Below, piece by piece: positions 39,388-49,393 of a DNA stretch of 64,000 nt. Position 1 is the stretch's first letter, and each line of letters starts with the position of its first letter. The stretch lies in NCBI GenBank assembly GCA_035250605.1, contig DATFFA010000097.1:6546-70545 (forward strand). Reading direction: 5' to 3'. The notes beneath the pieces were generated by a model, which made no database searches, was not told the DNA's origin, and was given only the letters and a program-made list of their open reading frames with translations. Source of the stretch: Variovorax sp. (GTDB taxonomy: Bacteria; Pseudomonadota; Gammaproteobacteria; Burkholderiales; Burkholderiaceae_C). The translations under genes and the position numbers were made by a program.

Positions 39388-40058
39388 TTCTTTTTTGCTC
39401 CCGCCGCGGCGCGCTTCTGTGCCGCCTGCTCTTCCTCGTCCAGATAGCGGAAGGTCCGCGCGGTGGCGTCCATCGTCAGGACGCCGTCTTTGCCGGGGGT
39501 CACGGCCAGGTTGTTCAAGGTCACGATGCGCGAGAGATTGGCGACGTCGGCGGCAAAAGCACCCATGTCGTGGTAGCGCCCTGTGACGCGCACCGCAATC
39601 GGCAGCTCCGCGTAATAGTCCTTCACGACGATCTGACCCGGGCGGAACAGCTCGAACTGCAGGCTGCGGCCGAGGCCCGCCTGGTTGATATCGGAGAGCA
39701 AGGCATCCATCTCGGCCTTGCTAGGCAGTTGCTTTTCGAGCAGCGTCACGTACTGCTGCACCTGCTCGCGCTGCTTCTTCAGCAGCTCCAGGTTGGCAGC
39801 CTGACCCACCTTCTTCTGGTAGTCGGCCCTGAGCGCGACTTCCTTGGCCCGCTCGGCCTCGAGCTCGTCGTTCGAGTTGGTAAGCCAGACGAACCACAGG
39901 GCCACCAGCACCATGGCCGTGACCAACACGCACAGCGCATAGCGCGGCACCGGCGGCCAGATAGAGGGATCGTTCGGATTCAGCCCCCGAAACTGGTCGC
40001 CGAAGCGCTGCAGGGCGGCGCCGATGTCGATGTTGGAGGATGCGCGTTGGGTTGCCAT
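39384..40058 (-). CDS. pilO: PilO
   Basis: QLPSKAEMDALLSDI, YAELPI and LSRIVTL motifs. Confidence 0.93.
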   Translation of the reverse strand: MATQRASSNIDIGAALQRFGDQFRGLNPNDPSIWPPVPRYALCVLVTAMVLVALWFVWLTNSNDELEAERAKEVALRADYQKKVGQAANLELLKKQREQVQQYVTLLEKQLPSKAEMDALLSDINQAGLGRSLQFELFRPGQIVVKDYYAELPIAVRVTGRYHDMGAFAADVANLSRIVTLNNLAVTPGKDGVLTMDATARTFRYLDEEEQAAQKRAAAGAKKK

Positions 40059-40066
40059 GATGAGGC

Positions 40067-40687
40067 TCAGCCTTTACCTGCAGCGGAGGTTGCCGCGCCT
40101 GCGCCGGTCGCGGCCTTCTGCGCATCCGTAGGCCGCTTGAGCCCGATACGCATCGTGAAGTTCGCCACGCGGCGCTGGTCACGCGCGCTCAGGCTGACAT
40201 TGCCGGAGGTAATTTCGATCAGCTCCGGCTTGACCAGCCAGGGGCTGTTGTTGCCCAGGTTGCGCAGGAGCTCCGAGACCCGTTCGTTGGATTGCGCCTG
40301 GCCAAGCAGCGTGACGGTCTGGTTGTCCTGCTTCATGCTCGTCAGGTAGACGCCATCGGGCAACTGCCGCACGAGCTCGTTGAGCAGATGCACGGGCATG
40401 TTGCGGTCGCCTTGCAGGTCCTCGACGGCCTGCTGGCGGGCGCGCAAGGCGGCGATTTCGGCCTGCAGCGTCGAAATTTCCTTGATCTCCGACTCGAGTT
40501 TCTTGATCTCGGCCTGGAGAAAGCTGTTCTTGGACTGCTGGCTGGAGATCTGGGCCTGGTACCAGAGAAAGGCGCCGCCTGCGATCAGGAAGCCCGCCAC
40601 AGCCGAGGCGCCAAGGGTGGCATAGAAGGTTTCGCGGCGGCGCTTGCGTGCAGCTTCCCGGTGCGGGAGCAGGTTGATCAGGATCAC
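40067..40687 (-). CDS. pilN: PilN
   Basis: ILINLLPHRE; GTG start overlapping the pilM stop. Confidence 0.92.
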   Translation of the reverse strand: MILINLLPHREAARKRRRETFYATLGASAVAGFLIAGGAFLWYQAQISSQQSKNSFLQAEIKKLESEIKEISTLQAEIAALRARQQAVEDLQGDRNMPVHLLNELVRQLPDGVYLTSMKQDNQTVTLLGQAQSNERVSELLRNLGNNSPWLVKPELIEITSGNVSLSARDQRRVANFTMRIGLKRPTDAQKAATGAGAATSAAGKG

Positions 40688-41763
40688 TGCAGGAACCTCC
40701 GCATGGCAAGTCCGCACGAGGTCAGGTATGAAGGCGCTTCGCGCCGGACCTTCTTCTCGCGGATGCCGCTGCCGATCTCCATGCCATCGAAGGGATTGAC
40801 CAGTGAGCAGGCGAAAGAGGTCTGACGCGTCACGGCGCTGGTAAGGCCCGGCAGCGCGGCCGAGCCGCCCGCCAGCAGCACGTAGTCGACGCGGTTGTGC
40901 GGCGTACTGGTGAAGAAGAACTGGAGCGCCCGCGCAATTTCCTGCGCGATGCTCGCCACGAAGGGCTTGAGCACACCCGATCCGTAGTCGTCGGGCAAGT
41001 CGCCGCTGCGCTTCTTGGTCTCCGCCTCTTCGGCGGAAAAGCCGTACTGCCGAACGATCAACTGCGTGAGCTGGGCACCACCGAAGGCCTGGTCCCGGTC
41101 GTAGAGGACTTCCTGGTTGCGCAGCACCTGCATGCTGGTGGTGAAGGCGCCCACTTCGAACAGCGCCACCACCGCGTCGCGACCCTGGCCGGGCAGCTGT
41201 TCGATCAGCCGCGCCGTTGCCAGGCGCGACGCATAGGACTCGACATCGAGAATGACCGCCTTGAGACCGGCCGCTTCGGCCAGGCCCTGGCGATCCTGGA
41301 CTTTTTCCTTGCGCGAGGCGGCGATCAGGACCTCGACATCGCCCATCGCACTGGCGCTCTGGCCGATGACGCAGAAATCCAGACTCACCTCGTCGAGCGA
41401 GAAGGGAATGTATTGATTGGCCTCGGACTCGACCTGGATCTCGAGCTCTTGCTCGCTCATCCCGCCCGGAAGGACGATCTTCTTCGTGATGACGGCCGAG
41501 GGAGGCAGGGCCAGGGCCGCGTTCTTGGTTCGGCTTCCGCTCTTGCGCACGGCACGACGGACCGCCTCGGCCACTTCATCGAACTTTTCCACGTTGCCAT
41601 CGGTGATCCAGCCGCGCTCCAGTGGCTCGATCGCGCAACGTTCCAGAATCAACTTGCCGCTGGCGTCGCGGCCGAGCTCGACCAGCTTGACGCTGGAGGA
41701 GCTGACGTCCAACCCGAGCAGCGGCGCGGGTTGACGGCTAAACAGCGATCCCAAGGCAGCCAA
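40684..41763 (-). CDS. pilM: PilM (FtsA-like)
   Basis: GLDVSSSSVKLVEL, YIPFSLDEV and CGLAMR motifs; TTG start inferred. Confidence 0.92.
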   Translation of the reverse strand: MAALGSLFSRQPAPLLGLDVSSSSVKLVELGRDASGKLILERCAIEPLERGWITDGNVEKFDEVAEAVRRAVRKSGSRTKNAALALPPSAVITKKIVLPGGMSEQELEIQVESEANQYIPFSLDEVSLDFCVIGQSASAMGDVEVLIAASRKEKVQDRQGLAEAAGLKAVILDVESYASRLATARLIEQLPGQGRDAVVALFEVGAFTTSMQVLRNQEVLYDRDQAFGGAQLTQLIVRQYGFSAEEAETKKRSGDLPDDYGSGVLKPFVASIAQEIARALQFFFTSTPHNRVDYVLLAGGSAALPGLTSAVTRQTSFACSLVNPFDGMEIGSGIREKKVRREAPSYLTSCGLAMRRFLQ

Positions 41764-42006
41764 GTTATATCCCGTTGTGTTTGTAACGATTGGAAATATT
41801 TGCGTGTGGTTGCATGCTATCAGGACGTGTGGCGCCAACCAAGCGCCTTGGCCCGAACTGTGGCATCAAGCGTTGTCAAAAGGGAACGTAACAGCGGCGA
41901 TTCACAACTTACGTCACAAATGCGAGTACTTGGGTTTTATCTGGCCTCGATGAGCCGCCCGGAGGACCTCGCTTTTTATAATTGCGGCTGACTTCACCCT
42001 CGCTTC

Positions 42007-44418
42007 ATGCCCGAAAAAACTCGCCCCAACGGGCCCGCCAAGACTCCCCCGCCTCCCCAGCGCCCTGCCTGGCTGACCTGGCTTCTGCGCTTCGTGATGT
42101 GGGGACTGGGCATCGCCGCGGCCGGTGTGGTGTCCATGATCTGCGTCGTCGCCGTGGCGCTGGCGGTGGCTTATCCGAATCTGCCGGACATCTCCGACCT
42201 GGCGGACTACCGGCCCAAGCTGCCGCTGCGTGTGTTCTCCTCCGAAGGCATCCTGATCGGCGAATTCGGCGAGGAGCGCCGCAACCTGACGCCGATCGCG
42301 ACCATTCCCAAAGTCATGAAGGACGCGGTGCTGGCCGCCGAGGACGCCCGCTTTTACGATCACGGCGGGGTCGACTACAAGGGCTTGCTGCGCGCCGGGA
42401 TCGCGAACATGAACAGGGTGAAGAGCCAGGGCGCCTCCACCATCACCATGCAGGTGGCGCGCAACGTCTATCTGAGTTCCGAGAAGACCCTGACCCGCAA
42501 GATCTACGAGGTCCTGCTCACCTTCAAGCTCGAGCACCTGCTCAGCAAGGACCAGATTTTCGAGATCTATCTCAACCAGATTTATCTGGGCAATCGCGCC
42601 TACGGCTTCGCGGCGGCCTCGGAAGCCTATTTCGGCAAGCCGCTCAAGGACATCAGCATCGCTCAGGCCGCCATGCTCGCCGGCCTGCCGAAAGCGCCGG
42701 GTGCGAACAATCCGGTCAACAATCCGACGCGTGCGCGCGGGCGCCAGCTCTATGTGATCGACCGCATGCAGGAAGCCGGCTTCATCACCGCCGAACAGGC
42801 GGCCGAGGCCAAGAAGGAAGAGCTGCACCTGCGCGACGGCGCCGACCCGACCCGCCTGCATGCCGAATACGTGGCGGAGACGGTGCGCCAGCTGATGTAC
42901 GCGCAGTACGGCGACAGCACCTATACCCGCGGCCTCAAGGTCTACACCACGCTGGTGGCTGCCGACCAGGCGGCCGCCTACAAGGCGCTGCGCAAAGGCA
43001 TCATGGATTACGAGCGCCGCCAGATCTATCGCGGCCCCGAAAAGTTCGTCGACCTGCCCAACGATCCCAAGGAATTGGACGAGGCCGTCGATGACGCCCT
43101 GGCCGAGCACCCCGATAACGGCGACGTGATGTCGGCGGTGGTACTCAAGGCCAATGCCAAGGAAATCAATGCGGTGCGTGCCAACGGCGACACCGTGCAG
43201 ATCGTCGGCGAAGGGCTGCGTCCGGCGCAGTCGGGCCTGTCGGACAAGGCGCCGCCCAACATCAAGATCCGCCGCGGCGCGGTGATCCGCGTCGTCAAGA
43301 CGCCCAAGAACACCTGGGAGATCACCCAGCTGCCAGAAGTCGAGGGTGCCTTCATTGCGCTCGATCCGCGTGACGGTGCCGTCAAGGCCATGATCGGCGG
43401 CTTCGATTTCGACAAGAACAAGTTCAACCACGTGACGCAGGCCTGGCGCCAGCCGGGCTCGAGCTTCAAGCCCTTCATCTATTCGGCGGCACTGGAGAAG
43501 GGCTTCACGCCCGCGACGGTGGTCAACGACGCGCCGCTGTTCTTCGACGCCGGCACCACCGGCGGCCAGCCCTGGGAGCCCAAGAACTACGACGGCAACT
43601 TCGAGGGCCCGATGTCCTTGCGCCGCGCGCTCGCCAAGTCCAAGAACATGGTTTCGATTCGCGTGCTTCAGTCGATCGGCACGCGTTACGCGCAGGACTG
43701 GATCGGCAACTTCGGATTCGAGCGCGAGAAGCATCCGGCCTACTTGCCGATGGCGCTGGGTGCCGGCGCGGTCACGCCGATGCAGATGGCAACCGCGTAC
43801 TCGGTGTTCGCGAACGGCGGCTACCGCGTCAATCCCTACCTCGTGACGCGCATCACCGACCACAAGGACAAGGTGCTCGTGGAGACGCAGCCGCCGCTGC
43901 TCAACGAGACGATGCGCGCCATCCCGCAACGCAACGCCTTCATCATGGACAGCCTGTTGCAGGAAGTGGCCCGCAGCGGCACCGCCGCCAAGGCGCAGGC
44001 CACGCTGAAGCGCCCCGACCTCTACGGCAAGACCGGCACGACCAACGACTCGCTGGATGCCTGGTTCGCGGGCTTCCAGCCGACGATGGCAGCGGTGGCC
44101 TGGATGGGCTACGACACGCCGCGCAAACTCGGCGACCGCGAGACCGGCGGCGGCCTGAGCCTGCCGATCTGGATCAGCTACATGGAGACCGCCATCAAGG
44201 GCGTGCCGGTGACGGAGCTGACTGCCACGGCCCCGGCCGGCGTGGTCAACGTGGGCGGCGAGTGGTACTACGACGACTATGCGCCAGGCCGCGGCGTCGC
44301 GAATCTCGGCGTCGAGGCCGGCCCGACACCGCCGGTCGAGGCGATTTCCGGCGCGCCCATCGGTGCGCCGCCGCCGCCGGAAGAGCGCAACCGCATCCTC
44401 GAGCTCTTCCGCAACTGA
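42007..44418 (+). CDS. mrcA: Penicillin-binding protein 1A
   Basis: EDARF and GASTITMQ transglycosylase motifs; SSFK, SKN and KTG transpeptidase motifs. Confidence 0.95.
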   Translation: MPEKTRPNGPAKTPPPPQRPAWLTWLLRFVMWGLGIAAAGVVSMICVVAVALAVAYPNLPDISDLADYRPKLPLRVFSSEGILIGEFGEERRNLTPIATIPKVMKDAVLAAEDARFYDHGGVDYKGLLRAGIANMNRVKSQGASTITMQVARNVYLSSEKTLTRKIYEVLLTFKLEHLLSKDQIFEIYLNQIYLGNRAYGFAAASEAYFGKPLKDISIAQAAMLAGLPKAPGANNPVNNPTRARGRQLYVIDRMQEAGFITAEQAAEAKKEELHLRDGADPTRLHAEYVAETVRQLMYAQYGDSTYTRGLKVYTTLVAADQAAAYKALRKGIMDYERRQIYRGPEKFVDLPNDPKELDEAVDDALAEHPDNGDVMSAVVLKANAKEINAVRANGDTVQIVGEGLRPAQSGLSDKAPPNIKIRRGAVIRVVKTPKNTWEITQLPEVEGAFIALDPRDGAVKAMIGGFDFDKNKFNHVTQAWRQPGSSFKPFIYSAALEKGFTPATVVNDAPLFFDAGTTGGQPWEPKNYDGNFEGPMSLRRALAKSKNMVSIRVLQSIGTRYAQDWIGNFGFEREKHPAYLPMALGAGAVTPMQMATAYSVFANGGYRVNPYLVTRITDHKDKVLVETQPPLLNETMRAIPQRNAFIMDSLLQEVARSGTAAKAQATLKRPDLYGKTGTTNDSLDAWFAGFQPTMAAVAWMGYDTPRKLGDRETGGGLSLPIWISYMETAIKGVPVTELTATAPAGVVNVGGEWYYDDYAPGRGVANLGVEAGPTPPVEAISGAPIGAPPPPEERNRILELFRN

Positions 44419-44424
44419 TCGCCT

Positions 44425-44757
44425 TCAGCCGGCCGTGAACTGCAGCGGCAGGCCGGCCTGTGCGCTCGCCTCGCGCGACAGCTGGCCGAAGAACTCCTCG
44501 CTCGTCTTCGTGTCGACCCACGCGCGGCCGTCGTGGCGGTAGTGGTAGCCACCGGAACGCGCTGCCAGCCAGATCTCCTGCAAAGGCTTTTGCAGGTTGA
44601 TGATCAACTGGCTGCCGTTGCGGAAGGTGATGGTGATCATCCCCCCCACGCGCTGGTTGTCGATATCGGCATCGGTCGCATCGTTGATGCGGTCGCAGCC
44701 GCGTTCGATGGCGGCCAGCACGGCCTCGGCGCGGTCCATGTACTCGGGATCGGTCAT
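44425..44757 (-). CDS. cyaY: Frataxin-like iron donor CyaY
   Basis: [21 protein letters not shown]. Confidence 0.93.
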   Translation of the reverse strand: MTDPEYMDRAEAVLAAIERGCDRINDATDADIDNQRVGGMITITFRNGSQLIINLQKPLQEIWLAARSGGYHYRHDGRAWVDTKTSEEFFGQLSREASAQAGLPLQFTAG

Positions 44758-44769
44758 TACAATTTCGTC

Positions 44770-45021
44770 ATGCTGAATGTTCGTCAAATTCTAGTGAGCG
44801 CGATTGGCCTCGCGCTCGTCGGGGTCGCGCTGGTGGGCTGTGGTCAGAAGGGTGCGCTCTACCTGCCTACCGATCCGGCCGCGAAGAATCGCGCCACGCT
44901 CCCGGGCCTGCTCTTGCCCGGTTCGAGCAGCGCCGATGATGCTACGCGTTCCGGGGCAGCGGCCGCACCCATCCCTGCCGCGCCCATCAGTGCGCCCGCG
45001 CCCCGCGAAGGAACGAAGTGA
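44770..45021 (+). CDS. lptM: LptM/YifL (LppL) lipoprotein
   Basis: [13 protein letters not shown] motif; lies between cyaY and lysA. Confidence 0.85.
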   Translation: MLNVRQILVSAIGLALVGVALVGCGQKGALYLPTDPAAKNRATLPGLLLPGSSSADDATRSGAAAAPIPAAPISAPAPREGTK

Positions 45022-46298
45022 CGAACCCCGAACGCCTCCCCGGGCATCCCCACATCGCCTACCGGAACGGCACGCTGCACGTCGAGGGCGTGGCGCTGCG
45101 AGACTTGGCGCGCGAGCACGGCACGCCGCTTTTCGTCTATTCCAAGCAATGGATGCTCGACGCGCTGGCCGCGTACCAGCGCGGCTTCGAAGGGCGCGAC
45201 GCACTGGTCTGCTATGCCATCAAGGCCAACTCTTCGCTGGGCGTGCTGCGCGTCTTCGCCGCGGCCGGCTGCGGCTTCGACATCGTCTCCGGCGGCGAGC
45301 TCGCGCGTGTCCTCGCGGCAGGCGCCGATCCGTCCAAGGTGATTTTCTCCGGTGTGGGCAAGACAAAGCAGGAAATGCGGCAGGCACTGGCGGCCGGCAT
45401 CAGCTGCTTCAACGTGGAGAGCGAAGCAGAAATCGACGTGCTCAATGCGGTCGCGCTCGAAACGGGGCACCGTGCCGCAATCAGCGTGCGCATCAATCCC
45501 AACGTCGATCCGAAAACGCACCCCTATATCTCCACCGGCCTGAAGGGCAACAAGTTCGGCATCGCGCATGACCGCGCACTCGCCATCTACCGGCATGCCG
45601 CGTCGCTGAAGGGCCTGCAGGTGGTCGGCATCGACTGCCACATCGGCTCGCAGATCACCGAGGCCGCGCCCTACCTCGAGGCGCTGGAACGGGTGCTCGA
45701 CCTGGTCGAAGCCATCGAGAAGGCCGGCATCGCGCTGCATCACCTGGACTTCGGCGGCGGCCTGGGCATCGACTACAACGGCGACACGCCGCCCACGGCC
45801 GATGCGTTGTGGCAGCAGCTGCTCGCGCGTCTCGACGCACGCGGCTTCGGCAAGCGCCGGCTGATCGTCGAACCGGGACGTTCGCTGGTCGGCAATGCCG
45901 GCGTGTGCGTGACCGAAGTGCTCTACACCAAGCCCGGCGAGGCCAAGAACTTCTGTATCGTCGATGCGGCAATGAACGATCTCCCGCGGCCCGCGATGTA
46001 CCAGGCCTTTCACCGGATCGTCCCCGTCGCCCCGCGCCGGGGCGAGGCCGTGAGCTACGACGTTGTCGGCCCGGTCTGCGAGAGTGGCGACTGGCTCGGC
46101 CGCGACCGCGCACTCGACGTGCAGGCGGGCGACCTGCTGGCGGTGCTGTCGGCCGGTGCCTATTCGATGGCGATGGCCAGCAACTACAACTCGCGCGGCC
46201 GCGCGGCCGAGCTGCTGGTCAGCGGAGGGAGCGCCTCGCTGATCCGCCGCCGCGAAAGCATCGAGGACCAATTGCGCAGCGAGCAGTTCGACCGCTGA
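45018..46298 (+). CDS. lysA: Diaminopimelate decarboxylase
   Basis: YAIKAN, HIGSQ, EPGRSLV and GPVCESGD motifs. Confidence 0.96.
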   Translation: MTNPERLPGHPHIAYRNGTLHVEGVALRDLAREHGTPLFVYSKQWMLDALAAYQRGFEGRDALVCYAIKANSSLGVLRVFAAAGCGFDIVSGGELARVLAAGADPSKVIFSGVGKTKQEMRQALAAGISCFNVESEAEIDVLNAVALETGHRAAISVRINPNVDPKTHPYISTGLKGNKFGIAHDRALAIYRHAASLKGLQVVGIDCHIGSQITEAAPYLEALERVLDLVEAIEKAGIALHHLDFGGGLGIDYNGDTPPTADALWQQLLARLDARGFGKRRLIVEPGRSLVGNAGVCVTEVLYTKPGEAKNFCIVDAAMNDLPRPAMYQAFHRIVPVAPRRGEAVSYDVVGPVCESGDWLGRDRALDVQAGDLLAVLSAGAYSMAMASNYNSRGRAAELLVSGGSASLIRRRESIEDQLRSEQFDR

Positions 46299-46304
46299 AG
46301 GCCG

Positions 46305-46952
46305 TCACTTGCTCAGCTGCACGCGCCCGCCTGGCGCGGGCCGCGGTGCCTTCTTGCTCCTGGCGAAGTTCCAGACCCGCCACCCGAGCAGCGCCCCGAT
46401 GATGGCGGCATAGACGAAGACTTCGGCGAAGTCGTTCTTCCCGGCCCGCATCCAGAAGAAGTGCAGAAGGCCCAGGCCGGCAATCACGTAGACCAGCTTG
46501 TGCAGCGTCTGCCAGCGCTTCGCGCCCAGCGCCTTGATCGCGCGGTTGAAGGAAGTGGCCGCGAGCGGCGTGAGCAGCACGAAAGCCGTGAAGCCCACCA
46601 GGATGAAGGGCCGCTTGGCGATGTCCTTGGCGATCTCCGGGATGTCGAAGCCCATGTCGAACAGGCTGTAGCTCAGCAGGTGGACCACGACGTAGAAGTA
46701 CGCAAACAAGCCCAGCATGCGGCGAAAGCGCGCCAAGGCGTTGGTCTTGGTCATCACGCGCAGCGGGGTGACCGCCAGCACGATGCAGATGAAGCGCAAG
46801 GTCCAGTCGCCCGTCGAGCGGATCAGGTACTCGGCCGGATTGGCGCCCAGTGCGTCGGTGAACGCGCCCCAGGCCAGCCAGGCAAAAGGCAGCAGGCACA
46901 GCACGAAGACCGCCGGCTTGGCGGTCGGGTGCAGCAGCAGCTTGTTCATCAT
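46305..46952 (-). CDS. msrQ: Heme-binding subunit MsrQ (YedZ)
   Basis: RRMLGLFAYFY, LAATS and WQTLHKLVY motifs. Confidence 0.93.
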   Translation of the reverse strand: MMNKLLLHPTAKPAVFVLCLLPFAWLAWGAFTDALGANPAEYLIRSTGDWTLRFICIVLAVTPLRVMTKTNALARFRRMLGLFAYFYVVVHLLSYSLFDMGFDIPEIAKDIAKRPFILVGFTAFVLLTPLAATSFNRAIKALGAKRWQTLHKLVYVIAGLGLLHFFWMRAGKNDFAEVFVYAAIIGALLGWRVWNFARSKKAPRPAPGGRVQLSK

Positions 46953-46961
46953 GGGCTCAGT

Positions 46962-47960
46962 TCAGTAGAACTTCTTCAGGTCCATGCCGGCGTAGAGCTG
47001 GCCGACCTGCGCCTCGTAGCCGTTGAACATCAGCGTCTTGTGCCGCTTGGCGAACAGCCCGCTGCCGTCGCCGATACGGCGCTCGGTGGCCTGGCTCCAG
47101 CGCGGATGGTCGACGTTGGGATTGACGTTGGAGTAGAAGCCGTACTCCTGCGCCGCCGCCTTGTTCCAGGCCGTCCCCGGCTCCTTCTCGACGAAGCGGA
47201 TCTTGACGATCGACTTGGCGCTCTTGAAGCCGTACTTCCACGGCACCACGATGCGCACCGGCGCGCCGTTCTGGTTGGGCAGCACCTCGCCGTACATGCC
47301 GAAGGTGAGCAGCGTCAGCGGATGCATCGCCTCGTCCATGCGCAGACCTTCGGCGTAGGGCCAGTCGAGCACGCGCGAGCCGACGAAGGGCATGGTCTTG
47401 GGATCGGCCAGCGTGACGAACTCGACGTACTTGGCATTGCCCTGCGGCTCGACCCGCTTGATGAGCTCGGCCAGCGAGTAGCCGACCCACGGGATCACCA
47501 TCGACCAGCCCTCGACGCAGCGCAGGCGGTAGATGCGTTCTTCCTGCGCGCTGAGCTTGATCAGGTCCTCGATCGCGTACTTGCCCGGCTTCTTGACCAG
47601 CCCCTCGACCTCGACAGTCCAGGGCCGGGTCTTCAGCGTGCCGGCATTCTTGACCGGGTCGCCCTTGTCGGTGCCGAACTCGTAAAAGTTGTTGTAGGTG
47701 GTGGCGTCCTTGTACTCGGTGAGCTTCTCCATCGTCTGCGCACCGGCCACCGACGACTTCTCGCCCTTCAGCGGGGCCAGCTTGCCCGGCGCGGCGGCCT
47801 GGGCCAGTGCCTCACGCCCGGCCCACGAGGCCATGGCCGCGCCGGCCGCGCCGGTGGCGAGCAGCTTGAGCATGTCGCGGCGCCCTTCGTAAGCCGCGCG
47901 CGGCGTGATCTCGCTCGGATGCGGATGGATGAAGCCCTGGTCCTTGGATCGAATCAACAT
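46962..47960 (-). CDS. msrP: Methionine sulfoxide reductase catalytic subunit MsrP (YedY)
   Basis: Tat-type signal GRRDMLK; [15 protein letters not shown] and WKYGFKS motifs. Confidence 0.95.
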   Translation of the reverse strand: MLIRSKDQGFIHPHPSEITPRAAYEGRRDMLKLLATGAAGAAMASWAGREALAQAAAPGKLAPLKGEKSSVAGAQTMEKLTEYKDATTYNNFYEFGTDKGDPVKNAGTLKTRPWTVEVEGLVKKPGKYAIEDLIKLSAQEERIYRLRCVEGWSMVIPWVGYSLAELIKRVEPQGNAKYVEFVTLADPKTMPFVGSRVLDWPYAEGLRMDEAMHPLTLLTFGMYGEVLPNQNGAPVRIVVPWKYGFKSAKSIVKIRFVEKEPGTAWNKAAAQEYGFYSNVNPNVDHPRWSQATERRIGDGSGLFAKRHKTLMFNGYEAQVGQLYAGMDLKKFY

Positions 47961-47997
47961 GAATCGCCTTTCGCGTGTTTTGTCGTACCGGGATCTA

Positions 47998-48023
47998 TTC
48001 GTTCCCAATGCTGATTCGGTTAC
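47998..48023 (-). promoter_or_regulatory. ECF sigma promoter (GTAACC-N16-CGAA) upstream of msrP
   Basis: GTAACC-GAATCAGCATTGGGAA-CGAA, ending 37 nt upstream of the msrP ATG. Confidence 0.6.
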
Positions 48024-48076
48024 GCGCCGGGCGTTCAATCGGTTTCACCGGGGGCCGCCCGGCTGCCGGCGCGCAG

Positions 48077-49393
48077 CTACAGGGTCCCGTAGCTGTGCAG
48101 GCCGCTCAGGAACATGTTGACACCCAGGAAGGCGAAGGTGGTCACCGCCAGGCCACCCAGGGCCCACCAGGCGGCCACGGTGCCGCGCAGGCCCTTGACC
48201 AGGCGCATGTGCAGCCAGGCCGCGTAGTTGAGCCAGACGATCAGCGCCCAGGTTTCCTTCGGGTCCCAGCTCCAGTAGCCCCCCCAGGCATCGGCCGCCC
48301 ACAGCGCGCCCAGCACGGTGGCGATGGTGAAGAAGGCGAAGCCCACGGTGATGGACTTGTACATCACGTCGTCCAGAACCTCGTTGGCCGGCAGCCGCGC
48401 CGCGATGCGCCTGCGGCCCAGCAGGATGCCGGCGGCGATCAGCGCCGAGAGGGCCGCGTAGACAAACCAGTAGCTGCCGCCCGCTTCCTGCGCCCGTTGG
48501 CGGAAAGCCACCGGCACGAAGCACAGCGCCACGCCCAGGAGCCACATCGGCGTGAGCTTGTACCAGCGCGTCTCCTGCGCCTGCTCCTTGATGAGGTAGG
48601 CGAAGGCAACCATCGCCGCCAGCGCGAAGGTGCCGTAGCCGATGAAATTGGCCGGCACGTGCAGCTTCATCCACCAGCTTTGCAGGGCGGGCACCAGCGG
48701 CTGGATCTCGTGGGCCTCGCGCACCAGCGTGTACCAGAGCAGGAAGCCGACCGCGGCGCTCACCACCAGCATCACGAAGGCGCCCAGCGCACGCGTGCCG
48801 TAGCGCGATTCGAAGTACAGGTAGAAGGCCGCCGTCAGCCAGCAGAACAGGACGAAGACCTCGTAGAGGTTGCTGACCGGGATGTGGCCGATGTCCGGAC
48901 CCAGCTGGTGGCTTTCGTACCAGCGCACCATGCTGCCGATCAGCGCCATCGTGACCGCTGCCCAGGCCAGGCGGGAGCCGATCAGGTCCATGGCGTCGGC
49001 CTGGCGGCCGCCGAAGAAGCCGATCCAGTAGAACAGCGTGCTCATGAAGAAGAGCACGCTCATCCAGAGGATGGCCGACTGGCTGGACAGGAAGTACTTG
49101 AGCCAGAACACGGAGTCGGCGCGCGCCAGGTCGCCCTGGTAGGAGACGATGCCCAGCAGCGCCGCCGCGGCCACCACGATGGCCAGCACGCGCAACGGCC
49201 GCCAGAACCAGCCCAGCCAGATGGCGAAGGGGATGGTGGCGAGCAGGATGACTTTCTCGTAGATGTCCATCGCGCCCGCGTAGCGCGAGAAGGCGAAGAG
49301 GCCACCGGCCACGACCAGGGCGGCGAACACCCAGTCGAAGGCGTTGCGGCGCGAGAACCAGCTCTCGTTGAGCGTGAGGGTGGTGGTGTTCAT
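48077..49393 (-). CDS. System II cytochrome c synthase ResC/CcsA-type (WWD domain)
   Basis: PVSNLYE, WGGYWSWDPKETW and GLHSYG motifs. Confidence 0.93.
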   Translation of the reverse strand: MNTTTLTLNESWFSRRNAFDWVFAALVVAGGLFAFSRYAGAMDIYEKVILLATIPFAIWLGWFWRPLRVLAIVVAAAALLGIVSYQGDLARADSVFWLKYFLSSQSAILWMSVLFFMSTLFYWIGFFGGRQADAMDLIGSRLAWAAVTMALIGSMVRWYESHQLGPDIGHIPVSNLYEVFVLFCWLTAAFYLYFESRYGTRALGAFVMLVVSAAVGFLLWYTLVREAHEIQPLVPALQSWWMKLHVPANFIGYGTFALAAMVAFAYLIKEQAQETRWYKLTPMWLLGVALCFVPVAFRQRAQEAGGSYWFVYAALSALIAAGILLGRRRIAARLPANEVLDDVMYKSITVGFAFFTIATVLGALWAADAWGGYWSWDPKETWALIVWLNYAAWLHMRLVKGLRGTVAAWWALGGLAVTTFAFLGVNMFLSGLHSYGTL

